This document shows positions 1-13,829 of a stretch of DNA of 64,000 nt, piece after piece. Both the position numbers and the translations under genes were made by a program. Position 1 is the stretch's first letter. Each line of letters opens with the position of its first letter. The notes below the pieces were generated by a model that saw nothing but the letters and a program-made list of their open reading frames with translations, did not search any database and had not been told where the DNA came from. The stretch comes from Podarcis tiliguerta (lineage: Eukaryota): the NCBI GenBank assembly GCA_965153285.1, contig OZ229115.1. One strand, given 5' to 3'.

Positions 1-1890
1 ACGTAACTAGCACTTTCAGCCAGTTGCAGCGGGAATGTCCAAGAGCAGAGACGGGTTCTTCCCAGCCAGCCGCCCATTTGTTAGTCCTTCTGTGCAGATG
101 CTGCTGCTGTTGTTGCAGCATCAAGCCTCCCCATGACCAACCAGTTCTGACCACAGTATTTGGGTTCATTGCCACAGCGCCAAAGGTGGGACCAGCTTCT
201 AGCGTTTCCAATTTCCAGATGAATTTCTGTTAATGCCCCCACTCCTCCTTCTCCCCTTGACAGCATTTCATGGTGAGAGTCACTGGGTGGATGGAATGGG
301 ATCTTTTATATATGTAAAATAGTTAAACTTAGTCTTTTATATCTTTTCTTTTTTAAATTCTTTTGCAAGTCTTAATGTTTTGCTCAAGCAAAACAGGAGA
401 ATGGAGGTGGTGGGGTTTGAATTTCCTTTTGCTTCCCCCGCCCTTAACTCTTTTGTTGTCTCAATCAAGGTGGTGCTGCCCATTTTCGGGCAGCCCCAGG
501 TTAATATTAGTGGCTGGCTCACAGCTCTGGGACCCTTCCACTCCCTCTTCAGTCCTTTGTAGAATATTCAATTTCACAGAGCTGGAGCCAACTTAATGCT
601 TATTTCTAAAGCCTTTTATTCATAAGCCTGTCTGTCAGGTGGGACTCCAGCAGCTATTAGATGCTTGGTCCTATTGACATGTGTCCAGTGACCTCATATT
701 TGTCAGCAGATCCCTTATGAACTTTCCATTTGAGGGAGAGACCCACTGCTTGGGATTCTCTTGTTAAGATGGGGGGGAAATGTGGCATCCTTGCCGCACA
801 AAAACCACGTTCCCAAAAGGGACCTGACCGACACATTTATTTAGTTCTTTCTGTGCCAGTAGCATCCTGAGGTGCTGTTGCCTAGGCAACTGTGGCCAAC
901 CAAGTGCATTGGAGCACCTTCCAAGGTGAAAGAGCACAACTCTGGGAAGTCAAGCCTTCCTGCACAAACAACCCCGGCATGGGGGTGCCTTGGCTATTAG
1001 GGAGGGAGGGGTGGGATTCTTCAGGTAAGGAATTCAGTTCTCAGAGGCTGAGTGTAACTATAATTTCTGCTATCCTGTACCACATTTAAAAGTCATTAGA
1101 ATGCTGTATTTTTCACTATGACAGGATGGTCTAATTAACCAATGTGGCAAGGCTACTGGACTTAATTTAACGGTACTATATATTAATACTCCTTATTCTC
1201 TCTCACTTGCACTAAAGGCAGGGAGATTACAGCCTTCTCCCAGGTGCATAGTTCTATAAATAAAGGTGGTGGAAAGGTCTCTAACTATATTATCCAATGT
1301 ATTCAAATTACATTGAAATCAACAATCCTGGGTTGGTGATGTTGGAGAGAACATTCATTTTTACCTTGTGAAAGCATAGTGCTGTAGGGGTCACTGTTGT
1401 ATACAGTCTGTTTTCTATTTGTTAATAAAAATCTACAGCATCATTGCATAATTCTTGATGTTAATAAATTTGAATAATCGGGTTTCCTACATGTTCGCTT
1501 TGCTGTCTTGTTTTATTTGCCAGTTAGCGGATAAACCTGCAGTTACCCTGGCAGGAGCTCCAAAAGACCACAACACTGTGGGAGTGAATCCTACCTGTCC
1601 ATGTGTTAGAAAGCAGAACTCAAACAAAATTCTGTGAAAGCAAAATGCTCTTGCTTGGCCGCTCACACAGACAAGAAAAAGGAGGAACGGCTGGAACTGT
1701 TCACCTTTCAGCAGAAGAAGGGTGTGCCATGAATCATTTCCACATGGACAATTTGGCTGCTGAAACAATAGCACTTACATGATGTATCAATAGAATACGG
1801 CGTTCTTGATAGGATAGTATGGAAGTGCTGCTGTTTGTAATACACTACATGTGTCATATATGGGAATGTTGAGGGTGGCAGGAGAGGATA

Positions 1891-2087
1891 CAGTGGTACC
1901 TCGGGTTATATATGCTTCAGGTTACAGACTCCACTAACCCAGAAATAATTACCTCGGGATCAGAACAGAAATTGTGCAGCGGTTGCGGGAGGCCCCATTA
2001 GCTAAAGCAGTGCTTCAGGTTAAGAACAGTTTCAGGTTAAGAATGGACCTCCGGAACGAATTAAATACTTAACCCGAGGTACCACTG
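1891..2087. mobile_element. Non-autonomous Tc1/mariner-pogo-type MITE
   Basis: TIRs CAGTGGTACCTCGGGTTA...TAACCCGAGGTACCACTG with TA on both sides; near-identical copy at 3451. Confidence 0.9.
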
Positions 2088-3450
2088 TATATTGATTCCT
2101 TCCTAACTTGCGCTAGCAAGTTTCTTCACTTAGTAGAGTACATTCCCCCTTTATGCAGCAGAAAACTGGTTGCGGACTCGTGTGAGCCTCCTAAGACAAT
2201 AAACAATTCAATCTGGCTTGCCCTGGTAAGGCCTCTTTGGTCCCTTCTAAAAGAATAAAGGCACCATAGGCACCATATTCATAATTAACAAAAAGTAGTT
2301 TTACTCACGATCAGGCAGAGCACAGTGTGATCCCTGAAGGCAGGCTTTAGGCTTAAAGTTACAACTATGTACAAACAGGTTTACCCCATATGGGAGATAA
2401 CCTGGGGAGACTGCTGGCTGGCAGCCAGCTAGCAGTACAGTCCAGGTGAATCGGGAAATTTGCAGGATGAAAAAGAAGATCGAAGAGAGGGGAGGTGGCT
2501 GCATGACTTGGCCTTTTACCAGGTCTGGAAAGGTCACGCCCATCTACTAGTCACATACAAGGAAGGATGCTCCAGGCCAAGAGGGAACAGGAAGTTCGAC
2601 TGATTGGATCAACATCCCCTGCATGACCACTCTAGGCAAAGCAGGTAATGTACTTGACTGCTCCCAGTGGATTACATCCCACATCATACCACCAGTAGCA
2701 TGAGTTGTTGGCACCAGGGGCCAGCAAGCCACCAACACTGCCAGTGCACCCCTCCACCAAAGCCAAGCAGGGCTGTGCCACCTGCCCATCCACATAGTCA
2801 TCACCCAAGTGAGCCTCGCTCTTACCTCCCTGCTGCTGCTGCTGATACCACCATCTTCCCCCCTGCCCCCAGCTAAATTTACAAACCCTTTATTTAAAAA
2901 AGAAAATAGGGATTTACTGTCCAAAACATCACTTAACAGCTTGAAAAATCTGCATTTTGGCCCCATGTTTACATGCTAAACTTTATCCTAATATTGTTCT
3001 AGACATGCACACAACCCTATGCACATACTACATTTCTGCAAACAGGAGGTATTCTCAGAAAGTGGGTGGCAGTAGGAAAAGTTACTGCCGCTCCACACAG
3101 CAAGTTGTGTTTCCTTTGTAGTAAGGCAGCTACACAAAACTGCAGCTACAAAACCTGTGCAAAAGTTTTCAGGGCACAAAAGGGTTTGGATAGGGGAGGT
3201 CTCTTCTGCCTTCTCTCCCACAACACTATTACACTGCCTGCCTCTTGCTATCAGAGAGAAAGAGAATAGCATCCACGTTGAAAGAAAGGAAACAAACCTT
3301 ACTTAAATGTTGTTTTTTTGGAAACTATGCACCATGCTAAGTGCAAAATTATTCATGGGGTAATACAGGTGCCTGAGAAACAAACTTAACACTCCCTTTC
3401 CCTCCAGATTCCACTGCCAAAGATCTGGAAAGCTACTTTATGGGCATGTA

Positions 3451-3662
3451 CAGTGGTACCTCAGGTTAAAGACGCTTTAGGTTACAGACTCCGTTAACCC
3501 AGAAATAGTACCTCGGGTTAAGAACTTTGCTTCGGGAGAAGTACAGAAATTGTGCGGCAGCGGGAGGCCCCATTAGCTAAAGTGGTGCTTCAGGTTAAGA
3601 ACAGTTTCAGGTTAAGAACGGACCTCCAGAATGAATTAAGTTCTTAACCAGAGGTACCACTG
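3451..3662. mobile_element. Non-autonomous Tc1/mariner-pogo-type MITE, same family as 1891-2087
   Basis: TA-CAGTGGTACCTC...GAGGTACCACTG-TA. Confidence 0.9.
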
Positions 3663-4284
3663 TATGTAAATGCCATGGGTAGTGTTCAATGAAGTTTTAC
3701 TCAGAGCAGACCTACTGAAATTAATGGACCTAACTTAAGTCATGTTCAGAAATTTTCATGTGTCTTCTCCAAGTAAAACTTAGTTGAATTACTAAGTAAA
3801 GGCAGCTTAAGATGATCATCACCTCCCCTTAGTCAGGATCCTTCATACATGCATAAACCCACTTAAAAGATCTGGAAACAGCACAAGAGGCGGGGGCAAC
3901 AACGTGCTTTGCACAGTTTGGGAAGTTTCTAGTAAAGCCATGCGACTCTCAAGAAAATGAGCCAAGCCACACATAGCTTGACTGATGCTCCCTATAAAGC
4001 GGATACATTTTCCTGTATAAGCACTGTTTAGAAACACTTTTTTTTTTTGTACTTGCAAAAGTTGTAGGAAAGCTATGCTAGCATGTTGGAAGTTTTCTTG
4101 TTATGTATATTTACAGGCAAAATTCCTGTAGAGAGCGAGCAGATTTTCATTTTCTACTGTTGACCCCCCTCATGAAGGTCAACCACCTTCAATCTGGAAT
4201 CCTCACTACCTGTTTTCAGCCCTGAAATAAGTCTAATAGAGTGTGTTTAAGAATCTACAGACTATCGTTTCCTGAATAACCACA

Positions 4285-4575
4285 GTTAGCCACATCATAG
4301 CTCTCCGGTCTTAGCTCCCAGGTCTGTTTCTGGAGCCAATTTATGGTGCTGCTTTTAACTTCCAAATGCCTAAATGGCTTACAGGGCCTAGGTATCTCAA
4401 GGACTACCTGCTGCCAAACAAGCCTGCTCACCCTAAGATCTTCATGATGTGCTTTTTTGCACGATTATAAGGTGATCAGGGATATGATTTTTATTTTGTT
4501 TTGCAGCATCTTGCTTTTGGAATCTGCCTCCTGCTGCTATCTCTGTTATCTTTTCATTGCCAGGTAAAGGCTTTT
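4285..4575 (+). mobile_element. Degraded L2-clade LINE 3' fragment
   Basis: Decayed 'AQF.VLLLT.K.LNGL.GP.YLKD.L' C-terminal motif; a similar segment lies at 63430-63770. Confidence 0.55.
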
Positions 4576-6034
4576 TTTAAAAAATCTGTCTGGATTTGAC
4601 TTAGGATATGGGTTTATCTGGCTTAAGTGCTCTTTTGTTTTGCAGTCATCTTCTGTGTTGTTGTATTTTTATTGCTTCATACAACATTTCAAACTTTTGC
4701 AAACTGCTCTGGTAGGCTGTATATACCGGGGGGGGGGGGGTGTCTGTGTCCCCAAAGACGTTGAACTTCAGTTCCATCATCCCTGGCCACTGGCCATGCT
4801 GGCAGGAGCTAATGGGAACTAGAAGTTCAGCAACAGTTGGAGTATCACAAGGCTTCAGTCCTAGTACGGTTCATGTTAACTATTAATCAGTGCTTCTCAG
4901 ACTCCTACTTCATCAGCTAAACAGGCCCAACATTTCCAGCTTCTCATGTAACACAGAATGCATGCAGTTGAGAACTGTGGCTGCATATCGTCTAAATTTT
5001 GTTCCAATTTAAAAACCGTCTTTCTTAAATAGAGTGACCTATACTGGACACACTATTTCAGGGAAGGTCTCACCCATGTACCGTAATCTAAGAATTACAA
5101 TTTTCCTCCTTTGCTGATGCCTCAAATTGGAGACTGCAGCTAATATTTTAGATGCAAAGGGGGTAGGCAGTTCTGCAAGTAAATCTACTTCCTCTTCTGA
5201 AACTAAAAGGGGTGGAGGAATGGGAATGGAAGGTCAGTTTCAAGCTCTTGTTCCACCCAGTTGCCCATACAGATCATAATTTGAAATGGGAAAACCTAAT
5301 GTTCCTGACTTCGGAAGGTAAAAGTACAAGACCTGCAACTACTATTGTTTTTGACATGAGCACTAAGGTAGTTGCAGAGATGCCTATGGATAGTGCACAA
5401 GAGGATGAGAATTAAAAGGCAGCAGGTGATATTTTTTTTATGGTGATGCAGATTCAAAAAAGGACTTGGTAGAAGTTGTGCCCAATTTCCCACAATATAG
5501 GGGCAAAGGTGATTATCAAGTAAAGCTGATAATCACTACCCAAAAGTGATTATCAAGTAAAGCTGGAAATTCTCTTGCCTGGTTTTATCAGATGAAAAAT
5601 CAGCCTTTGTGTACTGATCAATCAGAATCTTCTAACCAAGTAAACTCATGAACATGCTTTATACTTAATACTGGATTTTTGCTCTGATGTTTGAAAAACA
5701 AAATTCTCTAGCCTTCCTACACACGGCTTCATTTTCAGTAAAATGTAGCGTAAGTCCCATAGTCATGATACAAGCAATGTGAACTAGCAAGAGCTATTTT
5801 ATGGTGCATATTGTTTCTTATATAACTGGGTGGGGAAGAAGGAATATCTTAATTAATACTTAATTTCTAAATAAAAGGTATGGAGTCAATCTTCTGAAAA
5901 TCATATTTAGGCCTTCTTACATGAAAGCTCTTTCCTTGTCCCTAGATGTGCAAAGAATACTTGACAGGGGGATGGGGCTAGAGATTATGAGACCGTGACA
6001 TTCTGCACATATGTAATGGCGCATGTTCCTAAAT

Positions 6035-6223
6035 AACACCCTTCAACTGTCCTGATTTAAGTGAGACATCCCATTTTGGGGGGCCGTGCTCTCATGAGAG
6101 TCACATGGCCCTAAAAAAACACCACATTTTGGGGGTGGGGTGCTTTTACTCAAGTCACCTGGCTCTCACAAGACCCTGAAATATGTGTGTTCCAGTTTTC
6201 CTCTGGGACATGTTGGAGGGTAT
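6035..6223. mobile_element. Short non-autonomous DNA element (CATACCCTCCAAC-type TIR family)
   Basis: Ends in GTTGGAGGGTATG, as do copies at ~14413, ~17160 and ~57237; the start ACACCCTTCAAC is its imperfect inverse. Confidence 0.55.
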
Positions 6224-7837
6224 GAAATAAGTGCTGTACAAGACCTATTGTGATGAAAACAGCAGGGTTAGAAATTGCAGCTCTACCAAGTCAAAATTTT
6301 ACCTGCCATCACTGCTATTTGAACAGGTAGACACAAAAATGAAGTCTCAGTAGCCTCTACCAGGCTTTAGTTCAAGATCACTTAGTGGCCACAGAACAAA
6401 GACATATTCAGCTTTCCTTTTTGGGAGTGTCTCTTAACTTACTAGTTCTAAACAATGCAAGAGAGAGGAGTTGTCTTTAGACCAGCAGTGCTGTGTTGCC
6501 TTGGCCGTCAGCTATTCATAGGCCTGTACCTGATGGGAGCTTATACATATTATTTTAAAACAGGCATGGGGAACCTGTAGCCCTTCAAATATCCAACACC
6601 CATGAGCCCAAAAAGCAAGACCAGGGATGATGGGAACAGTAGTCCAGAACAGTGGAGGACTTTGAGCTTTAAAACTGTGACATCAAAATTTGGTGTCCTC
6701 TCCCACCTCTCGGCTTCTGTTATTTGTCAGTGTTGAGGTGCCTTCTTGGCTTGACGCCCAATGCAGCCAAACCAGTTGCACTCCGCTAAATCTGCCTCTG
6801 TCCATAAACACCTGGAGGATGACAAGTCCCCCATCCCTGTATTAAAACTAAAAAGTAAAGGGGAAACAACAATGTTACTTGAAGGGATACAAGAAGACAT
6901 CAGCCAGCAGGAGCAGTATCTTCTAGTGGCTTTGGGTAATTAACCAGTCTTTAGCCTGCTCAAGAAAGGCAGGTCTTTCCTTCCACTATAATCTTTTCTG
7001 GCATTCAAACTCAGTTTAGCCCACATGTAAACTGATTTGCTGGATGGATTTGAGTTCTGCATGTGTTAGCTTTTCAGTTTGCAAACTGAAAACACACAAC
7101 CTTTCCTCTGTAGGACTATTCACCCACCTCTACCTATGCACCCTATGCACCAGTGATGTTGGAGGACATTTTGAGGAAATCAAAATTTAAAAAGGCTTGA
7201 CAGAGCCAGCAAGTGAAGATCAGTGATAAGGCTGCAGAATAAGGGGACAGTTTTAAATAAAAGCTCAGGTGGCCTTTATGTGAAATTCAGATCCATAACC
7301 CCAAGAAAATATGGAGGAAAGGGTGGGAACATTCTGATACTGTAGGTCATAATCAAGAATGGCTTTTAGATGATACACGCCAAAGTTTGTGGCACATGGG
7401 GAAGTGCTATAATGATTCATCAGGAATTGAGAATAGCAGTGTCCCCTCATTAACTATCAGGCATGGACTCAATTGCCTTTAGTTGCCAGAGCAACCAAAA
7501 GGAACAGAAGAAGTCAAGCTGCTCCAATTAAAGGCAATTTAATGTCCCTACTCAGTACACTCATTGTGTAATAATATGTGCAGTCAAGGCATCTCATCAA
7601 CAAAACTTAGCAAATAGCTGCTTAGGGCAACATCATCCACTCAAGCCAGGGACAAAGCTCCACTAAGACTGGAGGGAAACAGCATCTGGCTCAGGTTGTC
7701 AGGATCCAATTTCCAGCAAAAAATGCAAAATGAGCTGCATTTTGTGCATTTTAGCTGTTATTTATGTCACCTTAGTTTGCATTGCAGAAAGAGTAGGAAG
7801 GAAAAGAGACAGTAGTGAGGAACACTGCTCACTGTTT

Positions 7838-7990
7838 CATAAGAACCTAAGATCTCTGCAAGATTAGACCAAAAGTCTATCCAGTCCAGCACCCTGTATC
7901 TTCCAACAGATGCCAGCCAACAGTCTCCAGAAAGCCCACAAGCAAAGCACAAAGATTTAACCTGCTGTATGCTTCCAGCAACTTATACAA
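7838..7990 (-). mobile_element. SINE/CR1-type 3' tail fragment
   Basis: CATAAGAA...GACCAAAAGTCTATCCAGTCCAGCA; same motif family as 24000-24103, 26142-26215 and 61883-61975. Confidence 0.55.
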
Positions 7991-10081
7991 AGAGCTGGCA
8001 CGCTTCCAAACATGGATTAACATTTTGTTGTCCTAACTATTCATAGAGCTATTAAACTAGGACTATCTAATATCCATCCAAAATCATCTTAAGGCCAGAC
8101 TAAATGCAGTACCATTTACAATATTAGCAGATGTGTTTATATTTTTAAAGAATAAATAAAAGGCCACCTGCCAGGACAGTTCCAATCCAGATCATGGTCT
8201 TGATCTGCTATTTGTATTGGAATAAAGCCCCCATTTACACTTATCATTTCAGAAACCTGGCTCAATAAATCACAGGTGACAATAGTACAATTCCTTCTCT
8301 CTCTTCAGCACCAGTCTCTTAAATTAGAATCAGTACAGCCTCATGCTATCTCCTCCTCCACTGCCATCACTAACCTCTGACCTTTTTCCTTCCCTCTGTG
8401 CAACTTAAATGTTCAGTATAGCATTTAAAAAACATGCCTCTTGTGCTGTACATCTGTTATAGTAATAATTGTGTGGCAATTCAGAAGCTGAGAGTCTGCA
8501 TCCGCCCACTCTCCATCTCATTAAGTATGAGGGGTTTTTTATGCTTTCTCTAACCCAGGACCAGGATGGGGGACCATTGTCAATTGCCCTTCAGGTGTAG
8601 ATATGCTGCAGTCAAGTAGACTATTAAGACTGCACAGCCTGACCCATGATATTTGCCCATGATATACAAGGAGTCTTGCATGACTTGAGCTGTATGCCCC
8701 AGCTCATCCCTCTCTGCAGCCTGCTCACTACTGACTATTATGAGAACCCACATGGTATGCATTGCTTCAGATGGTTTCCTATAGGTGACTAAATTCAAAA
8801 GCCACAGGGAGCAGAACAAGGAAAAAGCAGCACTTACCTTGCAAACCTCAGCTTCAGATCTCCTGCTGTATCAAGCAAAGGTCTACTGTTGTGCCTTAGC
8901 TAATTTATACCAATTGGATACACCTGCTGGGGCTGCAGTGAAACAAGAAGCAATGTTATTGCAGGTGGAAAAGCAGCTGCCTTAGTCTCAGCAGGATTCT
9001 AGAAGACAGTGCTTTAGCTATTGCTCGTGTTATCAAAAGTCACCACCCAATCTTCAATAGGTTTCTCTCTATTTAGCAAACTTATTTTTATGACCACCCA
9101 TCAACATACATTCTCTGTACAGCTTACAGAATGAAGAATACAATATTAATATGCAATGTGATTAAAGTGAAACAATTAAAACAGTTAAATGCAGCCTTTG
9201 AAAAACCTATTAGCAGCCTTAAAAAAAACCTATTGTTTGCAGCTGCAGCAGCAAAGCCAGCAAGTGGAAGTGTGAGCAGGTTCAAACCCCTAGCTAAGCA
9301 TTATCAGTTCTCTCTTCCAGTTTAGCTCATCCACTGAGAGATTAGCTATTAGTGAGCATGATTTGTATATGCAAAGTGGCACTGTTCTGAAACTATTCCA
9401 AACCACCTCACTGAAAAACCACCTCCTGGTATGGAAAATAGGATGTGGTGCCTTTCTGTTTAGCTGTTCTACTGTTACATTTACACATAGATTTACTATT
9501 AGTTCCAAAAGCAAAACCTAATAACTGACAGTGCAATCATATGTTTATTCAATAGAGCTGATTCCTTGGTAAATGTGCAGAAGACTGCAGCTTGGATGAT
9601 TTTGTTAAGAGAGCAAGCATCTGAAAATTGTGAGTTTATTGGTACAGCTCACTCAGTTAAATAATTAATCATATGTTTTGTCAGCTCATCTATTATATTT
9701 GTATATGAGTAAAAACAATAGTTTTAAAGCAAACCCACCTACTTTTTTAGATGCATGACATCATTTTAGAAGAGACATTCTCTCCTGTCAGACTGAAAGC
9801 AGAAAATGTGCCCTAAGATTATGCTTGCCATCTACTGTTTTCAATAACTACACGTATGTGTTTTTGTGTATTAATTTAATTCTGTTTAATTAATCACCCA
9901 TTTCACCTAACTATTCCTTTGTCCTTTTCAAACTCTCCCTTGCACACAGACCACCTCACACCGCATTCTCCTCTCTCCTATTCCACAGCTCCCCTTGCAC
10001 ACACACCCAGTGATGATGTCTGTTACTTTATCTTTAATATTTATAGAATCTTAAGAGCAAGCCTGTCCATTAGCTTGTTCT

Positions 10082-10472
10082 GAGCTCATACAAGCATCCC
10101 AGAGCTGGTGTACTGAACAGGCCTTGCCCCCCAAGCAAGTCAGAGAGCTTAAGAGCTCGTTACACACAGGTTCCACCTGGGTTACCTGGCGCATAAAGAG
10201 CTTTTGAGCTCTCTGCCTTGCTTGTGAGGAAAGGCCAGCTGTGCAATGCTTGTGTGAGTTCGCGCGCGAACTCAGATGGCTCTAGGATACTCATGCAAGA
10301 TCTCACAGGCCCATCTGAATTCCTATGAGCTCTTGTAAGCACATCCCAAAGCAGGCACACTGAAAAGGCCTTGCCACCCAAGCAAGGCAGAGAGTTTAAA
10401 AACTCTTTATCCACCAAGTAACCTTAAGTGGACCTGGTGCAAAGAGAGCTTTTAAGTTCTCTAGCTTGCTTG
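10082..10472. repeat. Nested inverted-repeat (palindromic) element
   Basis: Arms CAAGCAAG(T/G)CAGAGAG occur four times in alternating orientation; perfect 20-bp palindrome TGAGTTCGCGCGCGAACTCA at 10255-10274. Confidence 0.85.
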
Positions 10473-13400
10473 AATTTAATTTGTGCAATTTCAACCAGCC
10501 TGCCTTTAACTGCATATAGCTGAAATTGCACAAAGTAAATGTGCCTAAGATGCAATTTTACTGTATTCTGCAGATTGAGATCAGGCAACCCTATTGAACA
10601 GAGTTGGCCATTTATTAGCTGCAGGCTGTCCAATGTGCATGGACAGACAAGGTTTTCCTACCAACTATGCACACTAGGTATCCTCCAACACTACATTTCT
10701 ACCCATCTGTAAAGCTAAGTTAACCATGACTTACTTCAAAGAACTGCTGTGAAGATATACGGGATAACTATTATAAATTATTTGCCAGACTAGACATGTG
10801 ATAATGTTTATCTACAGTTGGGACCTGCAACAAAACTGAAGTGGAGTGCATCTGTCTGGATTCTAGTCAGCCCCTCTCCAGTTTTCCATTTATTAAAAAT
10901 CTCAGGAAATTATCCTTCTGTGGCCCCTGAGCTCTCCCCCCTTCTTACAGGGGGATTTACTCATTTAAAAAATATATATCTGAAAACCTTGTGGTTTCTC
11001 TGAGCCTGCTGATACTTCCCTCCTGTGTGTGGATGGTGCTGTTCTGGCTACATAAGAGTCTACACTGAGTTTGACATTAGAATATACTAGGATACCAGAC
11101 TGCCTGTCTGGTAGAATTAAACTGAGGAAGATGAGATTTGGTGACAAAATAAGTAACTCTGAGCTCTTGATAACCAAGTTTAGCTTCCATATTTCATATG
11201 TCCACTTCTTATTTCTCAGGAGTTTAGATGTTCTCCATTTTTTGCTAATTCCCACTTTATGTCTGCTCAGGTAAGGCAAGCAGCTGTGAGAGGAGGCATT
11301 TTACCTCACCTGCAAATTGGTCCCAGTGGGGCTCAGTGGATGCTAGATTTTGTTCTGCCCAGATGCAGGGAGAATAATTAGAATAAGCTTATTACTCCCC
11401 AGGTCTGAACAATTTCCTTTCATTTTCATATTTTGCATACACCTGAAAGGAATGTAGATAAATAAGTAAATAAATTGAAATGTGTAGAGGAAATAATGGA
11501 CCTATTTTCAAAATGCTTGTTTTTAGTCCTGAAGTGTACTATGGTTCTCTGGATTCTTTATGCAGGGCAAGTCATCAATGCTTCCATAAAAGCTGTACAT
11601 ACATCCTTCTTCTGTTGCTTTAATGACTGGCTTAGTACAGCAGCAGAGTACTAACATGCTAATTATTTTTGGCAAGTAGAAAATTGCTTGGGGGTGGTGA
11701 AAATCCACTATCCAGCCATGAAACTGAAACTCTTCTATCTACCACTAGTCTTATCTATAAATGACTGTTCTTCAATCAGATAGCAATTCCAAACGAGATA
11801 GCAAAATGGTAAGAGAATAGCCCATCCTGGAGAGATCAGGTCAGAATGAGAAGATCCACTGCTGGCTAGCTGAATCCATTTCAAGCCTTCTCCTCTACTT
11901 ACTCAGTGCACAGTGACAGCCTGTCTAAAAAAACTATTGATGAGAGGAAGAGTGGGGCATACATTAATGTAATGAACAATAAATGGTGTGAACCACAAGA
12001 AAGTCTAATGAACATGCCAGATTTCAAGCTCACTACCACCATTTCGGATGCAGTGACCTAAAAGTGTTAGGAATACATTTTCTGAATTCAACACAGATGT
12101 TCTACTTGATCTGAAGTATTTAGCAGCTACCACCCCTGAATACCATTTCTGTGATGAATTCACTTGCCACCGGTCTGCAGTTCTGCTCTGACAGCAGCAA
12201 TAAATGAACCTCACAACACTAAATAATAAAGCACTATCCTATCCCATCCTTTCTTCAAAGATTGCCTTCACTTTATTCACTGGGGTCATGGCTAGAGCAA
12301 AGGCTCCATGAGTTAAGGCTTTTATATATATATAAAAAGTGAGGACAAATGTGTGGAATTTCAAGAGAAAGATGGGAGGGTAAAGTACTCCTTGGATTAC
12401 TAGGCCAGGGGAGGCTCATGTCTCTAAAAAGCAAGTCAGCAAATTGAAGCAAGTTCAAAGATGTTATCAGAAGTTTAGTTCAACTGGAGTTTTGCTCATG
12501 CCCCACAAATATGTGCTTATATCAACTTCACTCTGAGCGCACAGCACTAGTGCAGGTAATCAGAAACAAATCAAGCTAAATATACTCCCATCAGGGGAAG
12601 TTATGGTACTCCCACCCAGTATCCAGAGTTACTGCAGTATATGGGAATAATCCCACAATAATCAGTATGTGTAATGGATCACTTAAGTGGGCAAGATCAA
12701 AGTGCTCCGAATGAAAGTGCTCCCCCATTTTATGTATGTCTTGAGAGGAATTTCTCAGTACTTTTCACAACAATATTCTAAATGAATCAATATTTTGTAA
12801 GGTTCTCAATGGCTTCCTCCCCTCAGCTATCCCTCCAAATAATGCAGTTACCAACAGATGAAGCGGGGGTATTGGTGTTGTATTTCCTTATCTGGAACTG
12901 CACCATAGAGTACACCTGTTGGTGGGCACTCAATTGCTACAGGGATTTGCCATTTTTAATCTTTTTATGTGCTCTCTTACTAAGGTGTCCTCAGATCTAA
13001 GCACAGCCAGGGAGGGCTGGCACCCTACTGTTCATCTTAGCTGCATGAAAAGTCTTGGGACAGATTAACAATGACATTTTATGCACGCCCTGGGACAACC
13101 CTTGTTTAAAAATTGGAAGTTGTACATTTATCTGGGCAGGGGTGGAGCACTGGTCAAGTTAAACCAGTTAACTGATATTTTGTCCTCTTTTCAGATCTGA
13201 GGAAAAACTGTAGCTTACTGATAACCACAAATTGGCAAAGCATTCAGTTGCACAACCTCCTGATTTTTGTATTTGGCCCTGCGGTCCTTAAAACATCTGA
13301 ATCTTCTACTGCGTTGGGAACCAAAGTCCACCATTCTGCATCTGTAAAGTGGTCTCCAACAGAAATAGGAGTATGAGGCTTCTCTTCTGTCTGCCAGAAT

Positions 13401-13675
13401 ACCTGATACTGTTTTACTGATTGCATTACCTGGGCAGTCTGACCATTCTTTTGAGATGGTAAAGGGGCCCACCCTATTCATACATAAATATGCCCTTAAA
13501 GCATGATTTGAAAGCAAAAGAACTATTGGGGAAGGGTTCTCCAAGATATCTCCTTTTGTAGAGGAAATATTTGGAGTAATGAGGAGAGCCAGAGATGGCT
13601 TTTTGTGATTGTTCTGTGTGCTAAAATAATGTGTAATTTTCTCAGAGAATATTTCCTAAGTTTTGATGGATGAAG

Positions 13676-13829
13676 CATGGGCATAGCCAAGGGGGTGTGG
13701 GGGGGAGGGAGGGGCAGCTGCCCCCCTTAAATCAATAAAACTCAATAAAAATACATAGCAAACTGAGGTTCTGCCCCCCCCCCAACAAAAGGCATGTCCC
13801 CCCTAACAAAAATCCTAGCTACGCCCATA
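13676..13829. mobile_element. Short hAT-like MITE
   Basis: Imperfect TIRs CATGGGCATAGCCAAGG / CCTAGCTACGCCCATA with G/C-run subterminal sequence; the 8-bp flanks match only partly. Confidence 0.65.

Noticed and set aside
1524-1637. Acceptor-like TTTTATTTGCCAG followed by a short open frame (possible terminal exon of an upstream gene)
   Set aside because: The peptide resembles nothing I recognise, including the PTPRF C-terminus; no supporting exons.
5212-5415. 67-aa ORF ending in an acidic tail
   Set aside because: GTG start, no recognisable homology or splice context.
13244-13544. Minus-strand ORFs with a faint THAP/retroviral integrase flavour (GDHF...LVPNAV)
   Set aside because: Key Cys residues and flanking motifs are absent; too weak without a profile search.
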